64,000 nucleotides of DNA from Acidobacteriota bacterium (GTDB lineage Bacteria > Acidobacteriota > UBA6911 > JACOSC01), in assembly GCA_016179055.1 (NCBI GenBank), contig JACOSC010000025.1, positions 2,214 to 66,213 on the forward strand, given 5' to 3'. The notes beneath the pieces are model-generated. The model was not told where the DNA came from. It was given only the letters and a program-made list of their open reading frames with translations, and searched no databases. Position numbers and translations under genes: made by a program. Shown here one piece after another: positions 29,236 through 39,100 of the stretch (the stretch's first letter is position 1; each line of letters begins with the position of its first letter).

Positions 29236-29634
29236 ATGTCGCGGACCCGTGTCGATAAAGCCAAAGCCAAGAAATTCCTGAAAAATGCCTTGCAATTAAT
29301 TCCGAGCTTGTTGCGACTGCTTTATCGCTTGCTGCGGGATGATCGAGTAAGCCCCGGCGACAAACTGATTGTGGCAGCGGCGATAGCTTATGTCCTGCTG
29401 CCGTTTGATGTGATTCCAGACTTCATTCCTTTTTTCGGGCAAGTCGATGACATTTACGTCGTTGCCCTTGCGCTGCTTCGCCTCTTACATCACTCGGACG
29501 AATCCGTGTTAAGGGAAAACTGGGATGGGCCCGGGGATATCGTGAAACTCCTCGAGCAAGTCCGTCGAATGGCCCTATTTTTCCTGCCCCGTCGCGTCCA
29601 AGAGATTCTGCTCGGCGTCCTTCGACATCACTAA
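29236..29634 (+). CDS. DUF1232 (YkvA) family protein
   Basis: YVLLPFDVIPDFIPFFGQVDD. Confidence 0.88.
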   Translation: MSRTRVDKAKAKKFLKNALQLIPSLLRLLYRLLRDDRVSPGDKLIVAAAIAYVLLPFDVIPDFIPFFGQVDDIYVVALALLRLLHHSDESVLRENWDGPGDIVKLLEQVRRMALFFLPRRVQEILLGVLRHH

Positions 29635-29659
29635 TTTCCATTCGGAACGAAGCTGACGA

Positions 29660-29802
29660 GGAGATGTTCCTGCTCCGTGGTGAGGCGCCCCGACGAATGA
29701 AAAACAGAACCGCCGCGCCTAGGAGCGCCCCGACTACCGTCGGGGCAAGGGTGGACGCGGTCCGCGAGGGGACTCGCCAGCAGGGATACCGGCGCTCCCA
29801 GG
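29660..29802. repeat. Composite REP-like repeat related to 19174-19450
   Basis: GGAGCGCCCCGACTACCGTCGGGGC and AAAAACAGAACCGCC shared with the 19 kb cluster. Confidence 0.7.
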
Positions 29803-30296
29803 TATTTTCAGGGAAGCTAACCATCTTCGTCTAACGACAAGCAGACGTTTCCATCCGCGTGCCAGCGGCGGACCCGGCCGCAAATAATCAGCCTACTCTA
29901 GCGCGAGAACTAAAGTTTGTTCGGCTCTACTCCACGCGCTTAGGCTTATTTTGGGATGCCCCACAAACGCCCTGGGTGAACGCCGTCGGTGTCGCCGCGT
30001 AGTCGAGGTCTGTCGCTCACCAGTCCAAAAAGAGAGACGGACGGAAAGGAGCGTTAGTCGGATAAGAGGGGCGACGTGCGCCGCTCCCGTCCGCCAGACC
30101 CTCGGCGATGATCCGCCCCTGCCCCTGCCGCCCAATGATGTCCAAATTTTTTTGGTTGTCCATCCCCGACTGTGCTATAGTGCTCCCGTAGGAAAAATGT
30201 CATTTCCTAACTGTTTATTATAACCGCTAAGGTTTAGCTGTATTCGTTTGCCGCTTTCTTACACAGCATTTGAGTGTTTAGAATGAGGAGTCATTT

Positions 30297-31154
30297 GTGG
30301 GATGGAGAACCGAATGGAATGCGATATCAAATCAGATTCAGGGTCTCTTAGAGGCAGGTCGTTTCTATGTAAGTTGTCTATCTACTGATAATAAAGATCC
30401 TCACGAGATTGCAAGAAGGGAAGTGCTGCCGCAGACCGATCGAATGTTTGAATCACTCAGAAAGTTTTATGAAATTTACCAGGCTAACCTGCCTACCCCT
30501 GCGGCTGCATGTTTGAATAGATTTCTCGAAAATAAGGAAAAGTGGGATAAAATATCTGTGCATCTCGTTATGCAGGGGCTTCCCGCTGTTCAAGCACGCT
30601 TAACAGCTCTTAGTTCGTTTGGGTCTGAATTCACGTACCAAATTTCGGATTGGTCCGCAGTGGCAAGACGCCTATCTGAGCGCGCATTTTTACATTTACA
30701 ACGAAGCATTGTGGCTGATTCGAGTATACGGGAACGTTGGAAGAGCGCATTTGAAGAGGGAGAGCTGGCCTGCGAAAAGCTTGGTGGCGCTCATCTGCTG
30801 CTTCATGGTATTTGGGCTTTCAAAGTTAATGCCGAGCGCGAACGGACGGACCTCGTTTTATCTAATCAGTTGACTGATCTCTCCGAAGTCGAGAGAACCG
30901 CTGAAGCCTTGGTCCTAACGGAATGGAAGATTGTTCGTGAGGAAAATGAAGTAGGCGCCAAGATCAAAGAGGCTCACAGACAAGCCGCTCGCTATGCTTT
31001 CGGTGCTCTGGCGGGTATTGAGCTAGCAAGCTACCATTACTTGGTCATGGTAACTGAGCGGGTGCTCCAAATGCGGGGTTCTTGGATCGAAGACGGTGTA
31101 ACCTACCAGTGTATCAATGTTGCCGTCGATCCAAAAACGCCTTCGGGTAGATGA
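30297..31154 (+). CDS. Hypothetical protein, possible C-terminal PD-(D/E)xK nuclease
   Basis: GAGGAG then GTG start; RTDLV...LTEWK...QAARY spacing. Confidence 0.6.
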   Translation: MGWRTEWNAISNQIQGLLEAGRFYVSCLSTDNKDPHEIARREVLPQTDRMFESLRKFYEIYQANLPTPAAACLNRFLENKEKWDKISVHLVMQGLPAVQARLTALSSFGSEFTYQISDWSAVARRLSERAFLHLQRSIVADSSIRERWKSAFEEGELACEKLGGAHLLLHGIWAFKVNAERERTDLVLSNQLTDLSEVERTAEALVLTEWKIVREENEVGAKIKEAHRQAARYAFGALAGIELASYHYLVMVTERVLQMRGSWIEDGVTYQCINVAVDPKTPSGR

Positions 31155-31170
31155 AGGAAGTAGGTAATTG

Positions 31171-31200
31171 ATCTAACCGATGCTTAAATCCTTGTTAGGC
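31171..31200 (+). other. Collapsed attC-like site
   Basis: ATCTAAC and GTTAGGC core boxes only 16 bp apart, between a gene end and hsdM. Confidence 0.35.
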
Positions 31201-31254
31201 GCTCCGGAGCGCGACCCATTGCAGCCTTGGCTGCTCAGGAAGATGACTTGACCC

Positions 31255-33243
31255 ATGCCCGACCATAACTACTTCGCAAACCTGATATGGCAGATCGCCG
31301 ATCTGCTGCGCGGCCCGTACCGGCCGCCGCAATACGAGCGCGTCATGCTGCCGATGACCGTACTGCGCCGGTTCGACTGCGTGCTGGCGCCGACGAAGGC
31401 CGAGGTCCTGGCGGAGCATGAGAAGCGGAAAGGCGGGAGGCTGGAAGGCGACGCCCTCGACAAGAAGCTCAGCGAGAAGGCCGGCCAGCGTTTCCACAAC
31501 CACTCGCCGCTCGACTTTGAGAAGCTCAAGGGCGATCCCGACAACATCGAGAAGCATCTAGTCAGCTACATCAAGGGCTTCTCGGCGAACGTGCGCGGCA
31601 TCTTCGAATTCTTCGAGTTCGAGAACGAGATCGAGCGGATGCGCGAGGCGAACATCCTCTACCTCGTCGTTTCCAAGTTGTGCGACGTGGACCTGCACCC
31701 GAGCACGGTCCCCAACGAGCAGATGGGGCTGATCTTCGAGAACCTCATTCGCCGCTTCAACGAGCTGGCCAACGAGACCGCGGGCGACCACTTCACGCCG
31801 CGCGAAGTCATACGGCTCATGGTGAATGTCCTGTTCATCAATGACGACAAGCTGCTCGCCACGGCGGGCACCGTGCGCAAGCTCCTCGACCCGGCCTGCG
31901 GCACCGGCGGCATGCTGGCGGAGGCGCAGAACTACCTGCGCGAGCACCACGGGGAGGCGAGGCTCTTCGTCTACGGGCAGGACTACAACAAGCGCGCCTT
32001 CGCCACGGCCGCCTCCGACATGCTCATGAAGCAGGTGGACCATAACGGTGGTGGCGACAATGTGCGATTTGGCGACAGTTTCACCGACGACCAGTTCGCA
32101 GCCGAGACCTTCGACTACCTGCTCACCAACCCGCCGTTCGGCGTGGATTGGAAGAAGCAACTAAACGAGATCAAGAAAGAACACGACCAGCGCGGCTTCG
32201 ATGGCCGTTTCGGCGCTGGGCTCCCGCGGGTCAACGACGGCTCGCTGCTCTTCCTGCAGCACATGATCAGCAAGTTCGAGCCCGTGCGCCCGGCGGAGCA
32301 CAAGCACGGCTCGCGCCTTGCTATTGTTTTCAGCGGATCGCCGCTCTTCACCGGCGGCGCGGGCTCGGGCGAGAGCGACATCCGCAAGTGGATCATCGAG
32401 AACGACTGGCTCGAGGCGATCATCGCCCTGCCGGAGCAAATGTTCTACAACACCGGCATCGGCACCTACGTCTGGATTCTCACCAACCGCAAGGAGAAGC
32501 GCCGCAAGGGCGAGATCCAGCTCCTCGATGCCCGCGAGTTCTACGTCCCCATGCACCGGAGTCTCGGGGACAAGCGCCGGAAAATCGGCGAGAAGGAAGA
32601 CGGGCGCGACCAGATCGCCGAGATCGTGCAGATCTATGGCCGCTTCTCCGACGGCGATACTTCGAAGATTTTCGACAACGCCGATTTCGGTTACACCCGC
32701 GTCACCGTCGAGCGGCCGCTGCGCCTGCGCTACCAGATGACCACTGAGGACAAGACCCGCTTCCTCGATGGCTGCCCACATCTGCTCGATGATGTGCAGG
32801 CCATCGACAAAGCCCTGGGGCGCGAGCCGCAACGCGACTGGAACGCCGTGTGGACGCGCATCGAGGATCTGCTGCATGAGCGGAAGTCCCGCTGGAAGGC
32901 GCCCGAGCAGAAGCTCTTCCGCGGCATCTTCACACAAAGGGATCCCGATGCCAAGCCGGTCACGAAAGGCAGTCGCGACGAGGACTATGAGCCCGACACC
33001 GACCTGCGTGACTTCGAGAACGTGCCGCTCAAGGACGACATTGATGCCTACTTCGAGCGCGAGGTGCGGCCCCACATGCCTGATGCCTGGATGGACCGAT
33101 CCAAGGACAAGGTGGGCTACGAGATCAACTTCAACCGCCACTTTTACAGGCACACGCCCCCGCGCCCGCTGGAAGAGATCGATGCGGACCTGAAGCAGGC
33201 CGAGGAGGAGATTATGCGGTTACTGCGGGAGGTGACAACGTGA
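31255..33243 (+). CDS. hsdM: Type I R-M N6-adenine methyltransferase
   Basis: IWQIADLLRG, GDHFTPREV, DPACGTGGML, NPPF, KVGYEINFNRHFY. Confidence 0.95.
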   Translation: MPDHNYFANLIWQIADLLRGPYRPPQYERVMLPMTVLRRFDCVLAPTKAEVLAEHEKRKGGRLEGDALDKKLSEKAGQRFHNHSPLDFEKLKGDPDNIEKHLVSYIKGFSANVRGIFEFFEFENEIERMREANILYLVVSKLCDVDLHPSTVPNEQMGLIFENLIRRFNELANETAGDHFTPREVIRLMVNVLFINDDKLLATAGTVRKLLDPACGTGGMLAEAQNYLREHHGEARLFVYGQDYNKRAFATAASDMLMKQVDHNGGGDNVRFGDSFTDDQFAAETFDYLLTNPPFGVDWKKQLNEIKKEHDQRGFDGRFGAGLPRVNDGSLLFLQHMISKFEPVRPAEHKHGSRLAIVFSGSPLFTGGAGSGESDIRKWIIENDWLEAIIALPEQMFYNTGIGTYVWILTNRKEKRRKGEIQLLDAREFYVPMHRSLGDKRRKIGEKEDGRDQIAEIVQIYGRFSDGDTSKIFDNADFGYTRVTVERPLRLRYQMTTEDKTRFLDGCPHLLDDVQAIDKALGREPQRDWNAVWTRIEDLLHERKSRWKAPEQKLFRGIFTQRDPDAKPVTKGSRDEDYEPDTDLRDFENVPLKDDIDAYFEREVRPHMPDAWMDRSKDKVGYEINFNRHFYRHTPPRPLEEIDADLKQAEEEIMRLLREVTT

Positions 33244-34520
33244 GCGCATCAGCAGGCCGCGAGCAGCAGCGACTGAAGTATGTCGCCTCGATCAATACTG
33301 AGACCCTCACTGAGGAGACTAGCCCCGACTACGAGATGCGGTACGTGGATATCGGCAACGTTGATTCCTCAGGCGTTATCCATGAGATCGCCACATACCG
33401 CTTTGACGACGCGCCGAGCAGAGCCCGACGCGTGGTCCGCGATGGGGACGTCATTATTTCCACGGTTCGCACGTATTTGCAGGCGATTGCTCCTATCCAA
33501 GAGTCTCCCGAAAACCTAATCGTCTCTACGGGCTTCGCGGTGGTCCGCCCGCAGGCAAGCGTGTTCGATCCAGGTTTCTGCAAGTACGCACTGCGCGAGC
33601 CGGCCTTCCTCGCGGAAGTGGAAATGCGCTCAGCGGGTGTGAGCTACCCCGCTATCAACGCTTCCGATCTTGGTGACATCCCCATCCACCTGCCGACGCT
33701 GCAACAGCAGCGGGCTGTAGCGGGCTACCTCGACCGGGAGACGGCGCGGCTGGATGCGCTGGTGGCGGCGAAGGAGCGGCTGTTCGGGCTGCTGGCTGAG
33801 AAGCGCCGGGCGCTCATCACCCGCGCCGTCACCCGCGGCCTCGACGCCCGCGCCCCTCTCCGCGACTCCGGCATCCCCTGGCTCGGCGAGATTCCGGTGC
33901 ATTGGGAGACGAAGAGGCTCAAGCACTTTGCTACGATTTACTACGGACTAAGCCAACCACCGGAATACGTGCCGTGTGGCGTCCCGTTCTTACGCGCGAC
34001 GAACGTAAAGCGCGGAGAGCTGTTCAAGGATGGGCTCGTATACGTTGACGAAGCTGATTTGCCTGAATCAAGAGTCGTGCGACTTCGCTCTGGCGACATT
34101 ATCGTGGTGCGAAGCGGAGCGTATACAGGAGACTCCGCTATCGTCACCGAAGAATGGGGCGGAGCTGTAGCTGGTTACGACATGGTGGTTCGGATGGCCC
34201 GGGCTGCTGAGCCCGAGTACATATCGTTGGCTCTCCTGTGTCAGTATGTGCTCGAGGCGCAAATCGATCCATTGCGTCTCCGAGCTGCGCAACCCCATCT
34301 GAATGCGGAAGAGCTCGGCAACATTCAGTTCGCCATACCTCTCCTGTCGGAGCAGAGAGACATCGTGGCATACGTCGGTGCCGAAACTACCAAGCTCGAC
34401 GCGCTCCGATCTGCCACCGAGCGCACCATCGCTCTACTCAAGGAGCGTCGGGCCGCCCTCATCGCCGCGGCAGTAACGGGGCAAATTGATGTGAAGGAGG
34501 TGATGGCAAATGCCCGCTAG
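33240..34520 (+). CDS. hsdS: Type I R-M specificity subunit
   Basis: Two TRDs separated by PTLQQQRAVAGYLD..RRALITRAVT and DSGIPWLGEIP; ends LIAAAVTG. Confidence 0.93.
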   Translation: MSASAGREQQRLKYVASINTETLTEETSPDYEMRYVDIGNVDSSGVIHEIATYRFDDAPSRARRVVRDGDVIISTVRTYLQAIAPIQESPENLIVSTGFAVVRPQASVFDPGFCKYALREPAFLAEVEMRSAGVSYPAINASDLGDIPIHLPTLQQQRAVAGYLDRETARLDALVAAKERLFGLLAEKRRALITRAVTRGLDARAPLRDSGIPWLGEIPVHWETKRLKHFATIYYGLSQPPEYVPCGVPFLRATNVKRGELFKDGLVYVDEADLPESRVVRLRSGDIIVVRSGAYTGDSAIVTEEWGGAVAGYDMVVRMARAAEPEYISLALLCQYVLEAQIDPLRLRAAQPHLNAEELGNIQFAIPLLSEQRDIVAYVGAETTKLDALRSATERTIALLKERRAALIAAAVTGQIDVKEVMANAR

Positions 34521-35691
34521 GGATAAGAAGAAGCCCGTCACGGCAGCCGTGCAGCCACAACTCCTCCGCTGGGCGAGGGAGCGCGTGCCCCTAACGACTG
34601 CCGCTCTCGCTAAGAAGGTCGGGCTCAAGGAGGAGCGGGTCATCGAGTGGGAAGCGACGGGCAAACTGACACTGGCGCAACTGGAGAAGGTCGCCGGCAA
34701 GACGTACACGCCCGTGGGGTATCTCTTCCTCCCCATACCGCCCCGGGAAGATCTGCCCATCGCCGATTTTCGCCGCGTGGCTGGCCAGCCAGTCGGCCGG
34801 CCAAGCCCCGACCTACTCGACACGATCTACGTGTGCCAGCAACGGCAGAACTGGTACCGAGAGCACCTGGTCGCGGAAGGAGAGAGGCCTCTGCCATTCG
34901 TCGGCAGCGCCAGGCTCACGGAGCAGCCGGCGATCGTGGCGGGGCGCATCCGGGCGGTGATCGGCCTCGATGACGCGTGGAGCGGGTCGGTCCGGAATAC
35001 GAATGAAGCATTTCGCTCCCTGGTTGAGAAGGTGGAAGCAGCCTGCATTCTGGTGATACGGAACGGTGTGGTCGGCAATAACAACTATCGCAAACTCAGC
35101 GTTTCGGAGTTCCGCGGCTTCGCGCTGTCTGACGAGTACGCGCCCCTCGTCTTCATTAATGCTGGCGACTGGCCCGCCGCGAAGATTTTCACCCTGGCAC
35201 ACGAACTCGGTCATATTTGGCTTGGGCACTCCGGCGTCTCCGACGCGGATATGGAATCGGACCACCAGGAAGAACACTTCTGCAACGAGGTGGCGGCGGA
35301 GGTGCTCGCGCCCATGGCCGAGTTTCGGGACGCCTGGCGCAAAACCGCCGATCCCTTGGATGAGGCGCGGCGGCTGGCCGATCTGTTCAAGGTGAGCATG
35401 CTGGTGGCGCTCATTCGCGCTCGGGCCGCTGGCCTTATCTCGCAGAAGAAGTTTGACGCCCTGTACGAGGCCGAGCGTGAAGGCTTTCCGCCCACGGAGA
35501 GTAAGACGGGTGAGAAAGGCGGGGGCGATTTTTACAGGACGCAGGGCAGCCGCCTGAGCAAGCGGTTCGCTCGCGCGGTGATCGTGAGCGCTCTCGAAGG
35601 GCGCACCACGTTCACAGAGGCGTTCCACCTGCTGGGGCTAAGGGAAGGAACGTTCGATGAATACGCTCGGAAACTGGGGGTCGTTCACTGA
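34510..35691 (+). CDS. XRE-HTH + ImmA/IrrE Zn metallopeptidase (RmrA-like antitoxin)
   Basis: LLRWARER HTH; EFRGFAL, FTLAHELGH (HExxH), EEHFCNEVAAEVL. Confidence 0.88.
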   Translation: MPARDKKKPVTAAVQPQLLRWARERVPLTTAALAKKVGLKEERVIEWEATGKLTLAQLEKVAGKTYTPVGYLFLPIPPREDLPIADFRRVAGQPVGRPSPDLLDTIYVCQQRQNWYREHLVAEGERPLPFVGSARLTEQPAIVAGRIRAVIGLDDAWSGSVRNTNEAFRSLVEKVEAACILVIRNGVVGNNNYRKLSVSEFRGFALSDEYAPLVFINAGDWPAAKIFTLAHELGHIWLGHSGVSDADMESDHQEEHFCNEVAAEVLAPMAEFRDAWRKTADPLDEARRLADLFKVSMLVALIRARAAGLISQKKFDALYEAEREGFPPTESKTGEKGGGDFYRTQGSRLSKRFARAVIVSALEGRTTFTEAFHLLGLREGTFDEYARKLGVVH

Positions 35692-36188
35692 TGGCCTACC
35701 TGCTTGATGCTGACGTGTTCATATCGGCGAAGCGGCATCATTATCGCTTCATCGTCTGCCCGGGATTCTGGGAGTGGTTGCTCCATGCGAACGGACGCGG
35801 GAGGGTCTTCAGCATCGACAAGGTTCAGCGTGAGTTAAAAAATGGAACGGACGAACTTGCGGCTTGGGCTGAGGAGCAGTCAACGTCATTCTTCCTTGAG
35901 GGGGACGCCCAGGTTATCGAGGCGGCGGAGAGGGTGAGCGCGTGGGCGCACCAGCAGCATTACGAGCCGCAGGCCATCTCGGAGTTCTTCAGGTCCGCGG
36001 ATTACTGGCTTGTCGCGCACGCGATATCGAGGGGATGGAAAGTGATCACGCACGAAGTCTCGGCCCCCGAATCGAAGAAGAAGATCAAGCTGCCCGACGC
36101 CTGCGCCGCGGTCGGGGTAGCGACCACGAGTCCGTTTCAGATGTTGGAAGACGAGGGGGCGCGGTTTGTCCTGGGGGTGCGATTATGA
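35691..36188 (+). CDS. DUF4411 PIN-domain protein (RmrT-like toxin)
   Basis: YLLDADVFI, FWEWL, ADYWLVAHA, VITHE, KIKLPDAC. Confidence 0.85.
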   Translation: MAYLLDADVFISAKRHHYRFIVCPGFWEWLLHANGRGRVFSIDKVQRELKNGTDELAAWAEEQSTSFFLEGDAQVIEAAERVSAWAHQQHYEPQAISEFFRSADYWLVAHAISRGWKVITHEVSAPESKKKIKLPDACAAVGVATTSPFQMLEDEGARFVLGVRL

Positions 36189-39100
36189 CACAAACGAACG
36201 AAGCGGCCTTCGAGACCGTCATTGAAGCCCATTTCCTCGCCAACGGCTACGTGTGGGTGAGTCGGGACGGATTCGACCGCGAACGGGCGATCTTCCCCGA
36301 AGTCGTCCTCGATTTCATCCGTCAGACCCAGCCGAAGGAGTGGGCCAAGTTGGAGGCGCTGCATGGGGACAAGACCGGCGAACAGATTCTCGGCGACCTG
36401 TGTAAGTGGATGGATGCCAATGGCTCGATCGCGACGCTGCGCCACGGCTTCAAGTGCTACGGACGGACGCTGCACGCAGCCTACTTCAAGGCGGCGCACG
36501 AGCTGAACCCGGAGCTTGAGGCGCGTTACGCCGCGAACCGTCTAGGGATCACCCGGCAGCTTCACTTCTCGTCGCGCTCGGAGAAATCTCTCGATGTCAC
36601 GCTGAGCCTGAATGGCATCCCCGTCGCCACGCTGGAGCTGAAGAACCCGCTCACGGGGCAGACCGCCGAGGACGCGCGCCGGCAGTACAAGCAGGACCGC
36701 GACCCGCGCGAGCCGATCTTCGAGTTCAAGCGCCGCACGCTGGTGCACTTCTCCGTGGACACCGAAGCGGTGCTGATGACTACGCGCCTCGCAGGCACGG
36801 CCACTCACTTCCTGCCGTTCGACAAGGGCTGCGGGGGCGGCGCGGGCAACCCGCCGGACCCGGCGGGACGCACCTACCGCACGGCCTATCTCTGGGAGGA
36901 AGCGCTGCAGCGGGACAGCCTGCTCGATCTCCTGGCCAGATTCATTCATATTCAGATGGAAGAGAAGCGCGCGGAAGACGGACGAAAGGTTAAGACCGAA
37001 ACAATGATTTTCCCCCGTTATCACCAGCTCCAGGCCGTGCGTATGCTGGTGGAGGCGGCCCGCCGCGAGGGCGTGGGAAACAACTATCTCGTCGAGCACT
37101 CGGCCGGCAGCGGCAAGAGCAACACGATCGGCTGGCTGGCGCACAGGTTGGCGTCGCTGCACGACGCCGCGAATCAGCGCGTATTCGACAGCGTCATCGT
37201 GGTAACCGATCGGGTTGTGCTCGATCAGCAGTTGCAGGACACGATCTACCAGTTCGAACATAAACGCGGCGTGGTGCAGAAGATTGACGAGAGTTCTCGG
37301 CAACTGGCGGAAGCGCTCGAGAACGCGGTGCCGGTGGTCATCACCACGTTGCAGAAGTTCCCATTCGTCTCGCGCCAGTTGCTCAAGATGGCAGAGGAGC
37401 GCGGCGAGAGTGGTACCGGCACGCTGCCGACCCGCCGCTGCGCCGTGATCATCGACGAGGCGCACAGCTCGCAGGGCGGCGAGACCGCCACCGACCTCAA
37501 GGAGGTTCTGGGCGGCGAGGCGTTGCGGGAAGAGGCGAAGCTAAAGGCCTCCGATGAGGGTCAGGAGGACATGGAGGAACTCTTCCGCAGCATGGCCAAG
37601 CGCGGTCGGCAGGCGAACTTGAGCTTCTTCGCCTTCACGGCGACTCCCAAGCACAAGACCCTCGCCGTCTTCGGTCGCGACGGGCGGCCGGCCCACCGCT
37701 ACACGATGCGCCAGGCAATCGAGGAGGAATTCATCCTTGATGTGCTGAAGCACTACACGACATACGCCGTTTACATCAAACTTCTCAAGGCATGCTCTGA
37801 CGACCCAAACGTCGAGCGCAAGAAGGCGGCGAAGGCACTGGCGCGGTTCCTAAGGCTGCACCCGCACAACATCGCGCAGAAGACCGAGGTGATGGTCGAG
37901 CACTTCAACGCCGTCACTCGCCACAGGATTGGTGGCCGAGCCAAGGCGATGGTTGTAACGGGATCTCGACTCGAAGCGGTGCGCTACAAGCAGAGCTTCG
38001 ACCGGTACATTAAGGAGAAGGGCTATCCCATCAAGACTCTGGTCTCGTTCTCCGGTACAGTGCAGGACGACAAACTCTCCAATGTGACCTACACGGAAGA
38101 GGGAATGAACCTCGGGATTCGCGAGAAGGAGTTGCCGGAGAAGTTCGCGACGCAGGAATACCATGTTCTTCTGGTGGCGGAGAAGTACCAGACGGGCTTC
38201 GACCAACCGCTGTTGCACACGATGTATGTGGACAAGCGACTGGCGGGTATCCAAGCTGTACAGACCCTGTCGAGGCTGAACCGCACCCACCCGCTCAAGG
38301 AAGACACCTTCGTCCTCGACTTCGTGAACGACCGCGAGGAGATCCGCGAGGCGTTCAAGACGTACTACGAGGGCGCAGAAATGGGCGACGAAGTCGACCC
38401 GGCGCGCATGTATCAGCTAAAGGGCGAGCTGGACACCTCGGGCATCTACCTGGCCGAAGAGCTCGAGCGGTTCTGCACGGTCTACTTCAAGCCCAAGCAG
38501 CGGCAGAGCGCCGCGGATCATCAGGCGATGAATGCGGCGCTGGATCCGGCGGTCTCGCGATTTACGGTGCGCCAGCGCGACGACGAGGACGAAGCGGAGT
38601 TGTGGCGGGGGAAGGTGCAGGCGTTCCGCAACCTGTACGGATTCCTCAGCCAGGTGATCCCATATCAGGACTCGGACCTCGAGCGGCTGTACGTGTTCCT
38701 CCGTCATCTGGCCGCGAAGTTGCCCCGGCGACGAAGCGGCCCGGCCTACCAGTTCGACGACGAGGTGCGGCTCGAGTACTACCGCCTGCAGAAGATCAGC
38801 GAGGGCTCGATCTCGCTGCAAGATGGCGATGCCCGACGCCTGGACGGTCCCACGGACGTCGGCAGCGGCCTCGTACGGTTGCAGCCTATGCCGCTGTCGC
38901 AGTTGATCGACATCGTGAACGAACGGTTCGGGACGGACTTCAACCAGGCCGATCAACTCTTCTTCGATCAGATGGTCGAGGCCGCCATGGACGACGATGG
39001 ACTGCGGCAGGCGGCGGCGGTGAATCCGGGAGACAAGTTCGAGTTGCTGTTCAAGAATCTGCTCGAAAGTCTCTTTGTGGAGCGCATGGATCAGAATGAG

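Noticed and set aside
29830-30260. Further attC sites or an integrase remnant before the defence island
   Set aside because: GTCTAAC and CTTAGGC are present but the arms do not pair convincingly; no tyrosine-recombinase motifs in any frame.
32161-33153. Long antisense ORFs over hsdM (and similar ones over hsdR, kamA, gltB)
   Set aside because: Shadow frames of GC-rich genes with no recognisable motifs.
35942-36184. N-terminal extension of HsdR in the ORF track
   Set aside because: Overlaps the DUF4411 gene; ATG36185 with an ATGA overlap fits the HsdR N-terminus.
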